Source of the DNA: Octopus vulgaris
Lineage: Eukaryota
DNA length: 64,000 nucleotides
Direction: 5' to 3'
NCBI GenBank assembly: GCA_951406725.2
Contig: OX597819.1
Span: forward strand, 84,940,001 to 85,004,000
Part shown: positions 50,794 through 62,600 of the stretch, piece after piece
How positions within the stretch are numbered: the first letter of the stretch is position 1
Layout of the letters: every line of letters starts with the position of its first letter
Program-made: the position numbers and the translations under genes
Notes under the pieces: model-generated
Databases searched by the model: none
What the model saw: the letters and a program-made list of their open reading frames with translations, nothing else
Told to the model about the DNA's origin: nothing

Positions 50794-50829
<36 letters not shown>

Positions 50830-51260
50830 CAATCCGACCGTACAACAGGCACCCATGCCAACCCACCTTTGCTTGCGAAGACATGTTGGGGCAAGCGAAA
50901 GCGAAATCGTATTGAACCAGCCAGGATCCCTGGTCTGGTGGTACGTAAAAAGCACTATCCGACTCGTGGCCGATGCCAACGCCGCCTCGACTGGTTTCCG
51001 TGCCGGTGGCACATAAAATACACCAATCTGACCGTGGCCGTTGCCAGCCTCGCCTGGCACCTGTGCAGGTGGCACGTAAAAAGCGCCCACTACACTCACG
51101 GAGTGGTTGGCATTTAGAAGGGCATCCAGCTGTAGAAACATTGCCAGATAAGACTGGAGCCTGGTGCAGCCTTCTGGCTTCCCAGATCCCCGGTCGAACC
51201 GTCCAACCCATGCTAGCATGGAGAACGGACGTTAAACGATGATGATGATGATGATGATGA
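50830..51260 (+). mobile_element. RTE 3' UTR fragment
   Basis: CpG-retaining copy with (GAT)n tail. Confidence 0.8.
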
Positions 51261-51949
51261 TATGTGTATGCATGTATGTATGTGTGTATCTTTGTGTTTG
51301 TCCTCCACCAGCACGTATTAGTTTGTTTATGTTCCTGTAACTTAGCAGGTCAGCAAAAGAGGCAGATAAAATGAGTATTAGACTTAATTTGATTTGTTGA
51401 TTTGTTTGGCTAAACTCTTCGTGCAGTGCCCCAGCATGGCTGCATTCCAGTGACTAAAACAAATGAAAGATAAAAGAAATGGACATGTAATTTGAATATA
51501 TAAAACAAGATTTCAAATCAAATGATGATGATGATGATGATTGTGCTACATCTGCTGATAATTTTTTTCCTCTTTTATCACAAACAACAATGTATAAATG
51601 TATTTTCTTCTTCACTGTAAGAAGAGGAATATCACTAATAGAGATTAAGTTAATCCCCCTTTTTTTTTCTTCAATCAAAAAAGTTAAAAGCTGAAAACTC
51701 ATAGGGTTAGTGTAGTCTCTGAAAGTAAAAGTACATTATTTTGCTTGTCTAGCAGTCTGAACCACAGCATGTTCTTTACAAGAATGAGCTTCAATGAAAC
51801 TTGTTTTCAGTTAGGCTTCTATTCTTTTCCTTTTACCCTTTAGCATTCAGATTCTGTCAAGTATGATGTTTATTTGAATTAATCAAACATACCAGCATTG
51901 GTTGTCAAGCGATGACAGGGGAAGACAAACACAGATACACACAAATATA

Positions 51950-51989
<40 letters not shown>

Positions 51990-52052
51990 CACCCACTACA
52001 CTCTCAGAGTGGTTGGCGTTAGGAAGGGCATCCAGCTGTAGAAACTCTGCCA

Positions 52053-52652
52053 GATCAGATTGGAGCCTGGTGCAGCCATCTGGTTCGCCAGTCCTCAGTC
52101 AAATCATCCAACCCATGCTAGCATGGAAAGCGGACGTTAAATGATGATGATGCTTCATCTCACTGCTTCTAGATTTCGATGATGTTATAGTATATTTTTA
52201 GAATGACATTGTATGATAGGTTTGTGAGGCTGAAGCTGGTCAGTTTGAACATAAAACATATAGAATATTTGGGCCTGATATGGCTAGGTTAAATACTAAA
52301 GGGTTCAGAAGCTTAACCAATATGCATACCACAATGATGTGCCAGGAATCTCTTTTCCCCATTATCTTTAGTATATTTGCAGTTTCCTTTATTGCATGTA
52401 GAAGTCTCCAAAACATAGTATCTGATATTTCTTGTTTAGCATGATAGCAGTGGCCAGCAAAACTACCTTGCATTGAGCTATAACAGTAGAGATAGGGTGG
52501 AACATGTCCATAAACCTCCCTTTTGATCATAATGAATTCATCTCGGCTAGCTGAAGCGTTTAGATCAGCATTTCTCATTTGGGGTATATATAATCCTCAG
52601 GAGGTTCATATGACCCTTGGGAGTTCATATGACCCTCAGGGGTCCACATGGC
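52053..52652 (+). repeat. 600-bp direct duplication, copy 2 (donor)
   Basis: Here the RTE tail and the hAT MITE continue past both ends of the duplicated segment. Confidence 0.95.
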
Positions 52653-52881
52653 TCTTGAGGTTCCATATAAGATTTTGTTGTCAAAATTTATGTACAATAG
52701 ATTGGTTATACTTCTAAAATATGCAAAATACATAAACATTTTTTTTATACAATTCCTAATAATATTTAATCATAAAAATATAATATGAGGTTTTAGATAT
52801 CAAAAGGGTATGGGGGTCTCATCCCCTGAATAAAATAGAAATCAAAGGGGTCCATAGGCAAAAAATGGTTGAGAACCACTA
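52566..52881. mobile_element. hAT-type MITE
   Basis: Termini CAGCATTTCTCA... / ...GGTTGAGAACCACTA. Confidence 0.55.
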
Positions 52882-53300
52882 ATGTAGCCTAAAGTCAAAT
52901 TGGAATGATTTTTGGTTTGGTTTAACTCATTAACGATCCTACTTTGAATGTAATACAGTCTATGTGTTTTCATTCCTTTTGAAAATAATGGAAAATTTGG
53001 AGAGGTATAGTGAAAGGGACTAACTTTTTCATTATTAAATTGGCGTTTGGTGCGTAACTTAATAAAAAAGATTCTAATATTAAATTATGATGATCTGTGG
53101 TTTTTGGTTTAGACCCACTGCATACGAGTTGGGGAAAGTCTTCTACTATAGCATCCAAGTTAATTAAAAGCAGAGCTGATTTGTCTGATTAAGCTCCTGG
53201 ATTTGTCTGATTCAGTAACTGAAAGTGTAAAAGAATAAGAAAGAATTAAAGAATAATGATTTGCATTTAAATAAGAACACTTCAAAATGTTTGTCTTTGT

Positions 53301-53797
53301 ATAACACTGTGTAACTAAATTTTAATTTTTTTTTTATCTTTGGTCAGTGAGTGTTATTTCCTATTTATATGTATCTAGAAATCATAGGAATTGACTACTA
53401 TTTCCTTCAAACTTGGCTTTTGTGACCTGAACATCAGTGTTTTGAAACTGACTGATTTTCCATTACATTTCAGATAGATTCAGCGCTGAGTTGTTGAAGC
53501 AGAAATATCATTATATCAAATATTCTACTCAATATCACAGATTTGCTTGTCAGTTACTTGACCATAGCCACTTGATCATGTCCCTTAGTGGTTGACAATA
53601 TGTGCATCTCTGATGATGAGCAGGAGTAGTGGGGGTGCATCATAGCCATGTGTTAAGGAACTCTTTTGGGGGGTTTGAATAAATGTAAGAAAAGCAAAGT
53701 TTGAAGGAAATATTAGGCATTTTTCATTCTTTCTAGGGGTAAGCAAATAGGAAATAACAGCTGCTACCCAAGGACAAAAATCATGGTACTCAGTGTA
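53301..53797. mobile_element. MITE (family of 182-676)
   Basis: Colinear with 182-676 over its whole length. Confidence 0.75.
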
Positions 53798-53947
53798 ATA
53801 GAACCAGAAGTGGTCTGAGGCACATTAGTATTGAAACAAAATTAATTTGGGTTTTTCTATCTCCTTAGTTGCCATGACATAATTGTAAATAATGATTTTC
53901 CTTGTTTATCATCTTCTGTAAATTTTTGTTTGTTTTGCTCATTTCAG

Positions 53948-53995
53948 TAACAGATAGATTGAAAAATTTGCTTGTCTACTTTTATCAACCTGAAG
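53948..53995 (+). CDS. CPSF1: CPSF1 short coding exon (48 nt)
   Basis: (V)TDRLKNLLVYFYQPE + G (human VSDRDRNLMVYMYLPE); TTTCAG acceptor, GTATGT donor; follows an 18.9-kb intron. Confidence 0.93.
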
Positions 53996-55050
53996 GTATG
54001 TTTGAAGATTTTGATATATTTCATTATAATTTAACAAAAACAAAAAAATTCCTGGAAAGTAATTTCAAATTATATAACCTAAACTTGTTTATGTTTTTAT
54101 TTTTCTTCATAGCATCTTTTGATGGGTATAAAACCTCGTTTTATTAAAATCATATTTTTACAGAAAGGAAGAAAAGAAAGAAAAAAAAAAACATTAAAAG
54201 TAAAAAAGGGTCAAATTATTGAGAAAAAAAAACACAAACCCATAACTATCTCACCTAGGAAACAAAAAGAAAAAAAAAATGTTTGTGTGGGGTGGGGTGG
54301 GGGGTGGGGTAGAATTGAGCAGCAGAAGATTGTGGCAAAGAGAATCATGGGTTCTATACCCACCAAGCCAAATGACATGTTCAGCTGTGCATAGCAGACA
54401 TGATTACAAAGACGTTACTGCAAAGGTGTTGGCCAGCGACACTCACTTGAATGGCCACCACACCTTGCAGGGTTTGAACAAATGAAAATATTTTGTTAAC
54501 ACACTAGTAGTAGGGGTGGTAGCAGCCGCAGCAGCATGAATAATGAAATTTATTTGATACATGGTTTTCATTAGTTTAAATGTATTTAGAGATTAGTTTA
54601 AGTTTTTTTTACTGCCATCAAATGGATAAATTCAGTTTATAGACATTGTATACAAATATAATAAAAAAGCAAAATGCATTCTTAGTTAATTCATCAGCAT
54701 CATTATTCTTTTAACATCTACTTTTCCATGTTTGCATGGGTCGGATGAACGCTTTCTACTGTGGGATGCTCTTCCTGATGCCAACCCTTGTCTATTTTCA
54801 TTTCAAACGAGGTAATAATCTTGCTGTCTTTCAAAAAACAAGCAACTCAAACGTGGTTATGTAGAGAACTAGAAACAAACAAGACTGTATTAATGAACTT
54901 TTTGTGCAACATGTCAAAACATGTTAAGAGGCTTGGACATGCTTTTGCAATGGACTGCAAGCAAATGACACTTGTTTGCTTATGAGTCATAGTTTACAAC
55001 CAACGAACATACGTAGGGAAATATGAATTCTCTGTCTGTCTGTCTCTGTA

Positions 55051-55082
<32 letters not shown>

Positions 55083-55419
55083 ACACACACACACATGCAC
55101 ACATGCACACTTTTTCTCTCTCCATACACATGCACAGACATGCGCACATGCACATGTTTATAATGGGATTCTTTCAGTTTCCGCCTATCAAAGCATTGAC
55201 CCCCAGGTTTAAACAGAAGACTGTTGCTCATGGTGCTTTGCAGTGGGACTGAACCTAAATCTATGCAATTGGGAAGCAAGATACAGGCATGTAAGACATG
55301 GATGGGAACTGAAGAGTAATGAAGTGTGAGGAGATCCAAGTGGAAGAAAACTATAGAAGGATAAGAGTGAAGAAACCACAAACAGAAAATGTGAAAGCTG
55401 ATCGAGGGACTTAGATTCT

Positions 55420-55800
55420 CTCAAATGCCCAGGAGACTCTCTTGAGGTAGTAGATAGTTTCTGCTATTTAGGTGGCCAAATTAGTAATGGTGATGGATGC
55501 TCTGAAAGTATTTTTTCTAGAATAAGAATAGGATAGAGAGGTACTGCTTCTGTTGTCAACAGAAGGACTCTCTCTCTGAGTGAAAGGTAGATTGTATGAT
55601 GCTTGTGTGAGAATGGCTATATTACATGGTAGTGAGACATGGGCTCTGGCTGCAGAGGACATGCATAGACTGGAGAGGAATGAAGGTAGTATGCTCCGTT
55701 GGATTTGCAACACCGGTGTGCATGACTGACAAAGCACGACTGTGTTGAGAGAAGAAATGACTGTGGACCAAGATGTTTGGCAAGATGAGATCCTAGAGAA
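55420..55800 (+). mobile_element. Old RTE ORF fragment
   Basis: Decayed LEVVDSFCYLG...KGRLYDACVRMAILHGSETW... Confidence 0.75.
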
Positions 55801-57824
55801 GACCCACTCACGGCAGTGAAACTGAGTGCTAGAATTATTGTGTCCCACCCACATATAACAACACATTTTTCACACACCCTACCCCAAGAAACCAAACTAC
55901 ATCTCTTCTAAACTGCATCTTTCTCTTCCTCACATTTTTTCTTCATAAATTATGATTGTCTTCCAACCCTCTTTCCTGCCCTCACTGCCCTGCTCGCCCC
56001 CACCAATTTTCCTACCAAGGTTTTCATCAGTCACTGCAATCCCGACTCCTCTTTTGCCTTCTTGGCAATACCTGACCACATACATTATGACTTTCGTACA
56101 TCTCTCTTCCTCACTCTACCATCACATCTATGCTCTGATCCTTGTTACTTGTGAGTATACCCTGGTTCTAGTTATTGGTTCCAATGAGCCAATGATGGGT
56201 TCCCTGCATTTCCAGTGTCAAGAGTGACAAGTGAGTGTCTGGACAATATGGGTGGAATAAATACTGTGGAGTATTTTTATGTGACACACTAGGTCACCTG
56301 CAACTTTTTGTCATTGATTATATTTTTTACCTGCACACACACATACATACACCATGCAAACACACATACATACACACCATGCAAACACACACACAACACA
56401 GACCACGTGCACACACACACACACACACTTTCTCTCTCTCTCTCATGCATGTACTCGCATAGAATGGGCTTTTGCATGGTTTCTGCCTACCACATTTTAC
56501 TGACAAGGCATTAGTCACTTGAAGCTATACTACAAGACAGTTAACCAAGATGCTGCACAAAGGGACCAAACCTGGAATCACAGGTTTGCAATGCAAACTT
56601 CTTCACCACACTGCCATTTCTGTACCCCAATATAATAATTACCTAAATGGTAAACATCCTCTACACATGCAATTGATTTTTCCCCTTCTTTTTTTGTTCA
56701 ACTTTACTACCTGAAGTATTCTTTTCCAGGTAGATATGGTGAAGTTCCTGTTCCACAGAAAGTACAGCCGGCCAAAATTATCTTAGTTGTACTTTGGTAA
56801 TTGGCCAGTGTGCATGAATAAAGTTTAAAGCAACACTTACTGTTCTGTATTTATTTAAAACCATAGTATTAAATTCATTTCAGAGAAGTTTTTAAATCTT
56901 AGTTAAATATTAAAATTGTTTTATAAGCTTTAAAAAGAAAATTGTTTTCCTTTTTTTTAAAAATTCTTGAGCATATAAATGGGAACAAAGTCAGTTACTG
57001 TCTAAACCTAAGAGGAATTAAAAGAAAATCAAATAAAATTGCAGAGAATCTATTACAGTTATATAATTGTAGCTTTTCTGTTAAACACTATATTCAATAT
57101 TGCTCATTGTCGTCTCTTCAAAATAAAAGACATTGAATGAACGAAGTGGATCATGGTTTTTTTGTATTTAAAACTGAAACCCTAAAAATACTGGAAACTA
57201 GAAAAAATTATGAATTAGAGAGCTTTTTTTGTTTGTGAGTTTTGTTAAATCCATGAAATCTAGTTGGATATTGCATAAATAATCCATAAAACCAATTTCA
57301 AAAAGAATTAAAAAGATATAAAAATTAAAAAGACAAATGTCTTTATCTAGATGTGTTTAAAGAATAGAACTGTTTGCAGCTATTTATTTTAATTTAATTA
57401 AAATTGTAGGTGTTTTTTGAAAGAAATTCTATCCTCATCATGTATAATTATTTTTTTTTAATATTTATTCGTCTAACACTCTTTTGGAATAAATAGTCAA
57501 TTACTTCATATTTTGTAACCAAAGATATTTCTTAATGGGTGAGCAGCCCAATAATTTGAAGAAAAACAGTAGGATATCTTTTATTTATTTTCTCTTTTAC
57601 TTGTTTCCGTCATTAGATTGCGGCCATGCTGGGGCACTGCATTGAAGAATTTTAGTCGAATATATCAACTTCAGTACTTATTTTTTTTAAGGCCTGGTAC
57701 TTATTCTATTGGTCTCTTTTGCCAAACTGCTGCACCAGCACCAGTTGCCAAGCAGTGGTGGGGGTCAAATACAGACACAAAGAAAAGCATGCACACACAC
57801 ACACACACACACACACACACCACA

Positions 57825-57878
<54 letters not shown>

Positions 57879-57883
57879 TTATA

Positions 57884-58094
57884 CAGGGTGGCCTAAAAGT
57901 AAGTTTACAGTTATTCAACTATCTCTTTTGCATTCATTTATTAGCAGTTTAGATCTTAATTATAAAAAAATATGAAACCATTATTCTATGTTAATTTAGA
58001 TAATTGTAAGATAGAAATTTAAATGTAATAAAATATTTTAAAAGTAATTTAAAGTGCCTATATAATAACTGTAAACCTACTTTTGGTTCCCCTA
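57884..58094. mobile_element. Tc1/mariner-type MITE
   Basis: TA-CAGGGTGGCCTAAAAGTAAGTTTACAGTTATT ... AATAACTGTAAACCTACTTTTGGTTCCCCTA-TA. Confidence 0.7.
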
Positions 58095-58670
58095 TACAAT
58101 GGGCTTCTTTTAGTTTTTATTTACCAAATCACCAAATCCACTCACAAGGCTTTGGTTATACAGAGGCTATAGTGGACAGGGGAAGGATGAGAGAAAGATA
58201 AATGATGGTTGGTAGGTTGTAAGCATGTGAAGGGAGAGGCAGTCATAGTTCATAAGTGAGAAATGTATGGTGGTGTGGGAAGGATACTTTTGCAGTATCT
58301 TTTGAATTCAATAGAGCATTGATTACTTATTAGGGGATGCCTTTGATGATAGCATACCATTAAGTGAATCTCTAAGCACCTGATCAACCTACTACACATA
58401 GCACCTAAATCTTTCTCAAATCACAACTTACATTGGATAGTGTCGTCTTAAATATGCAAAAAGACTGGTGGGTCATGATTGGATCATCTTTGATTATTAC
58501 TCTGTTCAGTCATGAATGATCTGGGACTAAACAGCAAGAACATGTCCAAGGTTTAAATTTTATTTTTAATTTTTTTGATAAAATTTGCATTTTTCACTTT
58601 ATTTCAAGTAAGAATTCATATTAAACATATTGTATTTATGTTTCTTTTTTTTCTCCTTAAATTAATTTAG

Positions 58671-58829
58671 CGAGGAAAAGTTGTGGTGGACAGAGACTTT
58701 TACGGCGAGCTGACATGAACATTGGATCACATGTTCTCAGTACTTTCCGAGTGAGATGTAAATTATCAGATCAATCAATTGATCGCAAAATGATTAGTGT
58801 TGCTGAAAAAAGACATATTACTTTCTTTG
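58671..58829 (+). CDS. CPSF1: CPSF1 coding exon (last one seen in window)
   Basis: (A)RKSCGGQRLLRRADMNIGSHVLSTFRVRC...EKRHITFF + G (human [22 protein letters not shown]...NKHITWF); GTAGGT donor. Confidence 0.95.
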
Positions 58830-59615
58830 GTAGGTTACAGTATTAAACATTTTCTTTGTCTGTAAGTTTAAGAAAAAACTTGTATTATTCATTTTGTTGC
58901 TCATTATAGTACTTCTTGACATACTAATTTTTTTTTCTGAAAATCTTTTGTAAATATTGTAAGAATGGTGGCTCACCTATCTGATAAGGCACTGGGTTAC
59001 TGGCTTTGAAAGAGATGGTTGTTATGCTAATTCCATTAACCAAAAGTGATTTCTGTAGTTGTATGTATGTATTTGTGAAGGTGTGTAGTTCCAGTAGTCA
59101 GGCTGTTGCACTCATGATTGCTAGACTGTGGGTTTGATTCCCAGACCAGGTGGTTGGTGCATTGTGTTCTTGAGCAAACCACTTCATTTCACATTGCTGC
59201 AGTCTCCCTTTTTGATCAAGGGGGAATGTTGGCCTGTTCAACTAGCCATTAGTGTGGCGTCATTTGAAGGTTAAAACAATGCAAAGCATATTGTGACCAG
59301 CAATGTGTAACAATATCTGATAGTCTGGTTGGTCATGTGATGATGTGTGTATTTAATTGGAAAATCCCAGCAGATTGAGTTGAAGTGCTTTCTGCTTTTG
59401 CTTGAATGATTAATGGTTTGTATCATAGATGGAACATGTGGAAGTGAGAGGCCCAGGAAGACATGGGATGAAGTATTAATCAGGACACTGAACCTCTCAG
59501 ACAAGATGATAAAGGACTGAGATAATTGGCAACTTGCTGTATTCAAGAAGTTCTGTACTCTGCAACAGAAGTGTTAAGACCAATCCTTATGGTGGTGTAA
59601 AGCACTCATGGTGAC

Positions 59616-62600
59616 ATCATCATCATCATCATCATCATCGTTTAGCGTCCGTTTTCCATGCTAGCATGGGTTGGACGGTTCTACTGGGGTCTGTGAAGCC
59701 AGAAGGCTTCATCAGGCCCAGTCAAATCTGGCAGTGTTTCTACGGCTGGATGCCCTTCCTAACGCCAACCACTCCGTGAGTGTAGTGGGTGCTTTTTACG
59801 TGCCACCCGCACTGGTGCCAGACAGAGCTGGCAAACGGCCACGAACGGATGGTGCTTTTTATGTGCCACCGGCACGAGGGCCAGGCGAGGCTGGCAACGG
59901 ACACGAAACGGGGCGGTGCTGGCAACGGTCGCGAAACGGAAAGTTCTCTTACATGCCACCGGCACTGGTAACACATCTGCAATTTCCATTGATCGATTTC
60001 GATTCTGATCCTCACTTGCCTCAACGGGTCTTCACAAGCAGAGTTTTGACATGCCACCGGCACTGGTAGCACATCCGCAATTTCCATTGATCGATTTCGA
60101 TTCTGATCCTCACTTGCCTCAACACGTCTTCAGAAGTAGAGTTTTGTGTCCCAAGAAGGGAAGGTATGCATACGTAGGCCGGCTCCATCCCATGTAGAAG
60201 GCCACGGGTTATGGACTCACTTGTCCTGCCGGGTCTTCTCGCGCACAGCACACTTCCAGAGGTCTCGGTCTCTAGTCATTTCCTCAGTGAGACCTAAAGT
60301 TCGAAGGTCGTGCTTCACCACCTCGTCCCAGGTTTTCCTGGGTCTGCCTCTTCCACAGGTTCCCTCAACCGCTAGGGTGTGGCACTTTTTCACACAACTA
60401 TCTTCATCCATTCTCGCCACATGACCATACCAGCGCAAACGTCTCTCTTGCACACCACAACTGATGCTTCTTAGGTCCAGCTTTTCTCTCAAGGTACTTA
60501 CACTCTGCCGAGTGTGAGTACCGGCATTACACATCCATCGGAGCATACTGGCTTCATTTCTAGCGAGCTTACGCATATCCTCAGCAGTCACGGCCCATGT
60601 TTCACTGCCATGTAGCATGGCTGTTCGTACACACGCATCATACAGTCTGCCTTTCACTCTGTGCGAGAGGCCTTTTGTCACCAGCAGAGGTAAGAGCTCT
60701 CTGAACTTTGCCCAAGCTATTCTTACTCTAGCAGTTACACTTTCAGCACACCCGCCCCCGCTGCTGACTTGGTCACCTAGGTAACGGAAACTATCAACTA
60801 TTTCTAGTTTTTCTCCCTGGAAAGTGACGGAAGTTGGTCTCAGAGCATTTTCAGTGTTTATTGTTCCTGAGCATCTGCCGCATACAAAAACCATCTTCCT
60901 AGTTAGCCTTCCTTTGACATTGCTGCATCTCTTATGTGTCCATAGCTTACACTTGGTGCATCTTATAGAGTTTCTACCTACACCTTTTCTACAGATCGAG
61001 CAGGGCCATCTACCTGAAGGTGTTTGTGATTTGTCTACCTTCCTACTGATTACGACTTTGGTTTTAGCTAGATTGACTCTGAGGCCCTTCGATTCTAATC
61101 CTTGTTTCCACACCTGAAACTTCTCCTCCAGTTCTGATAGCGACTCAGCAATTAGAGCAAGGTCATCAGCATAGAGGAGCTCCCAAGGGCATCCTGTCTT
61201 GAATTCCTCCGTTATTGCCTGGAGGACTATGATAAATAGGAGGGGGCTGAGTACTGAGCCTTGGTGGACTCCTACCTCTACCCGGAATTCTTCACTGTAC
61301 ACATTTCCAACCGTCACCCTACTAGCGGCGTCCCTATACATGGCCCGCACAGTTCTCACTAACCATTCATCTATCCCTAGTTTCCTCATTGCCCACCAGA
61401 TAAGGGATCGGGGGACCCTGTCGAAGGCTTTCTCCATGTCAACAAAAGCCAGGTACAGGGGCTTATCTTTGGCTAGGTATTTCTCCTGCAGCTGCCTTAC
61501 CAGGAATATAGCATCAGTAGTACTTTTCCCTGGCACAAACCCAAACTGCATCTCATCTAAACTAACTCTCTCTCTAATTAGTTGGGCTATGACCCTCTCC
61601 GTAACCTTCATCACCTGGTCCAACAGCTTGATACCTCTGTAGTTATTTGTATCTAGGGCATCACCTTTACCTTTGTAGCAGTTGACTATTATACTGCTAC
61701 ACCAGTCATTGGGTATGACCCCTTTGTGTATCACCTGATTAACTATACGGGTGACTAGGCTATAGCCGACACTACCAGACATTTTGAGCATCTCTGCAGT
61801 GATTCCTGATGGGCCTGGTGCTTTCCCTGTCTTCATGCTTCTAATTGCCTTAGCTACCACGGAACTATCAACTCGGATAGCTGGTCCCTCTGTTGGGTCA
61901 ACATTCGGCAGACTCTCTTTATCCCATTCATTTTCTTCATTCAGCAACCTTTCATAGTGGCATCTCCAAACCTCTCTCTTTGCATCCTCATTTAGCGCAA
62001 GTGAACCATCTTCCATGCGAACACACTTCTCTCCTACCACATCACGATTCTCTCTCACACACTGTCTTGCAACACGAAACACCTCCAGTCTTTGGTCCTC
62101 ACGGCGCAGAACATTGGCAAATTTTTTCTTATCTGCTTCCCCTCTGGCTAAATAAACCTGTCTCCTAGCTTCTCTTTTGGCAGTCTGATACAATCCCCTG
62201 CTACCCCCATTTTTCCAGACCTTCCAAGCCTGTCTCTTTTCTCTAATAGCCCTGTCTACAATATTGTTCCACCACCATGTTATTCTAGGTTGAGAGGGGA
62301 CTTTGCACCAGCCACAGATCTGGTCAGTGGCTCTCAGCAGGTTGTCCCTTAGAAACGTCCAGCTGTCTTCTACCCCCTGTGATGCTCTATCCCCTTCTAC
62401 TTCGTCAGAGGCTTCAAGTAATATGTCCCTAAATCTCTGTCCATTTGCAGGATCTTTAAGCTTCCAGATCCTTCTTCTCCATATTTGTCGTCTTCTGGTT
62501 GTCCTCCTAGTCCTGATCCTAAAGTCACTAACTACCAGTCTATGTTGTGGGGTACATTCTTCACCTGGGAAGGTTTTGGCATTTATAAGCAGCCATCTCT

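Noticed and set aside
49655-52578. Two identical 112-aa ORFs as a duplicated gene
   Set aside because: They are by-products of the 600-bp duplication and run through MITE sequence.
35043-53947. Autoregulatory intronic polyadenylation of CPSF1
   Set aside because: Known for CSTF3 and PCF11, but AATAAA hexamers are expected by chance in such AT-rich introns and no site stands out without 3'-end data.
8320-57975. ORFs rich in CV, YI or HT dipeptides or poly-H/I/D (e.g. 8320, 17762, 25606, 56308, 57618)
   Set aside because: They are translations of (TG)n, (TA)n, (CA)n, (CAT)n and (ATT)n microsatellites.
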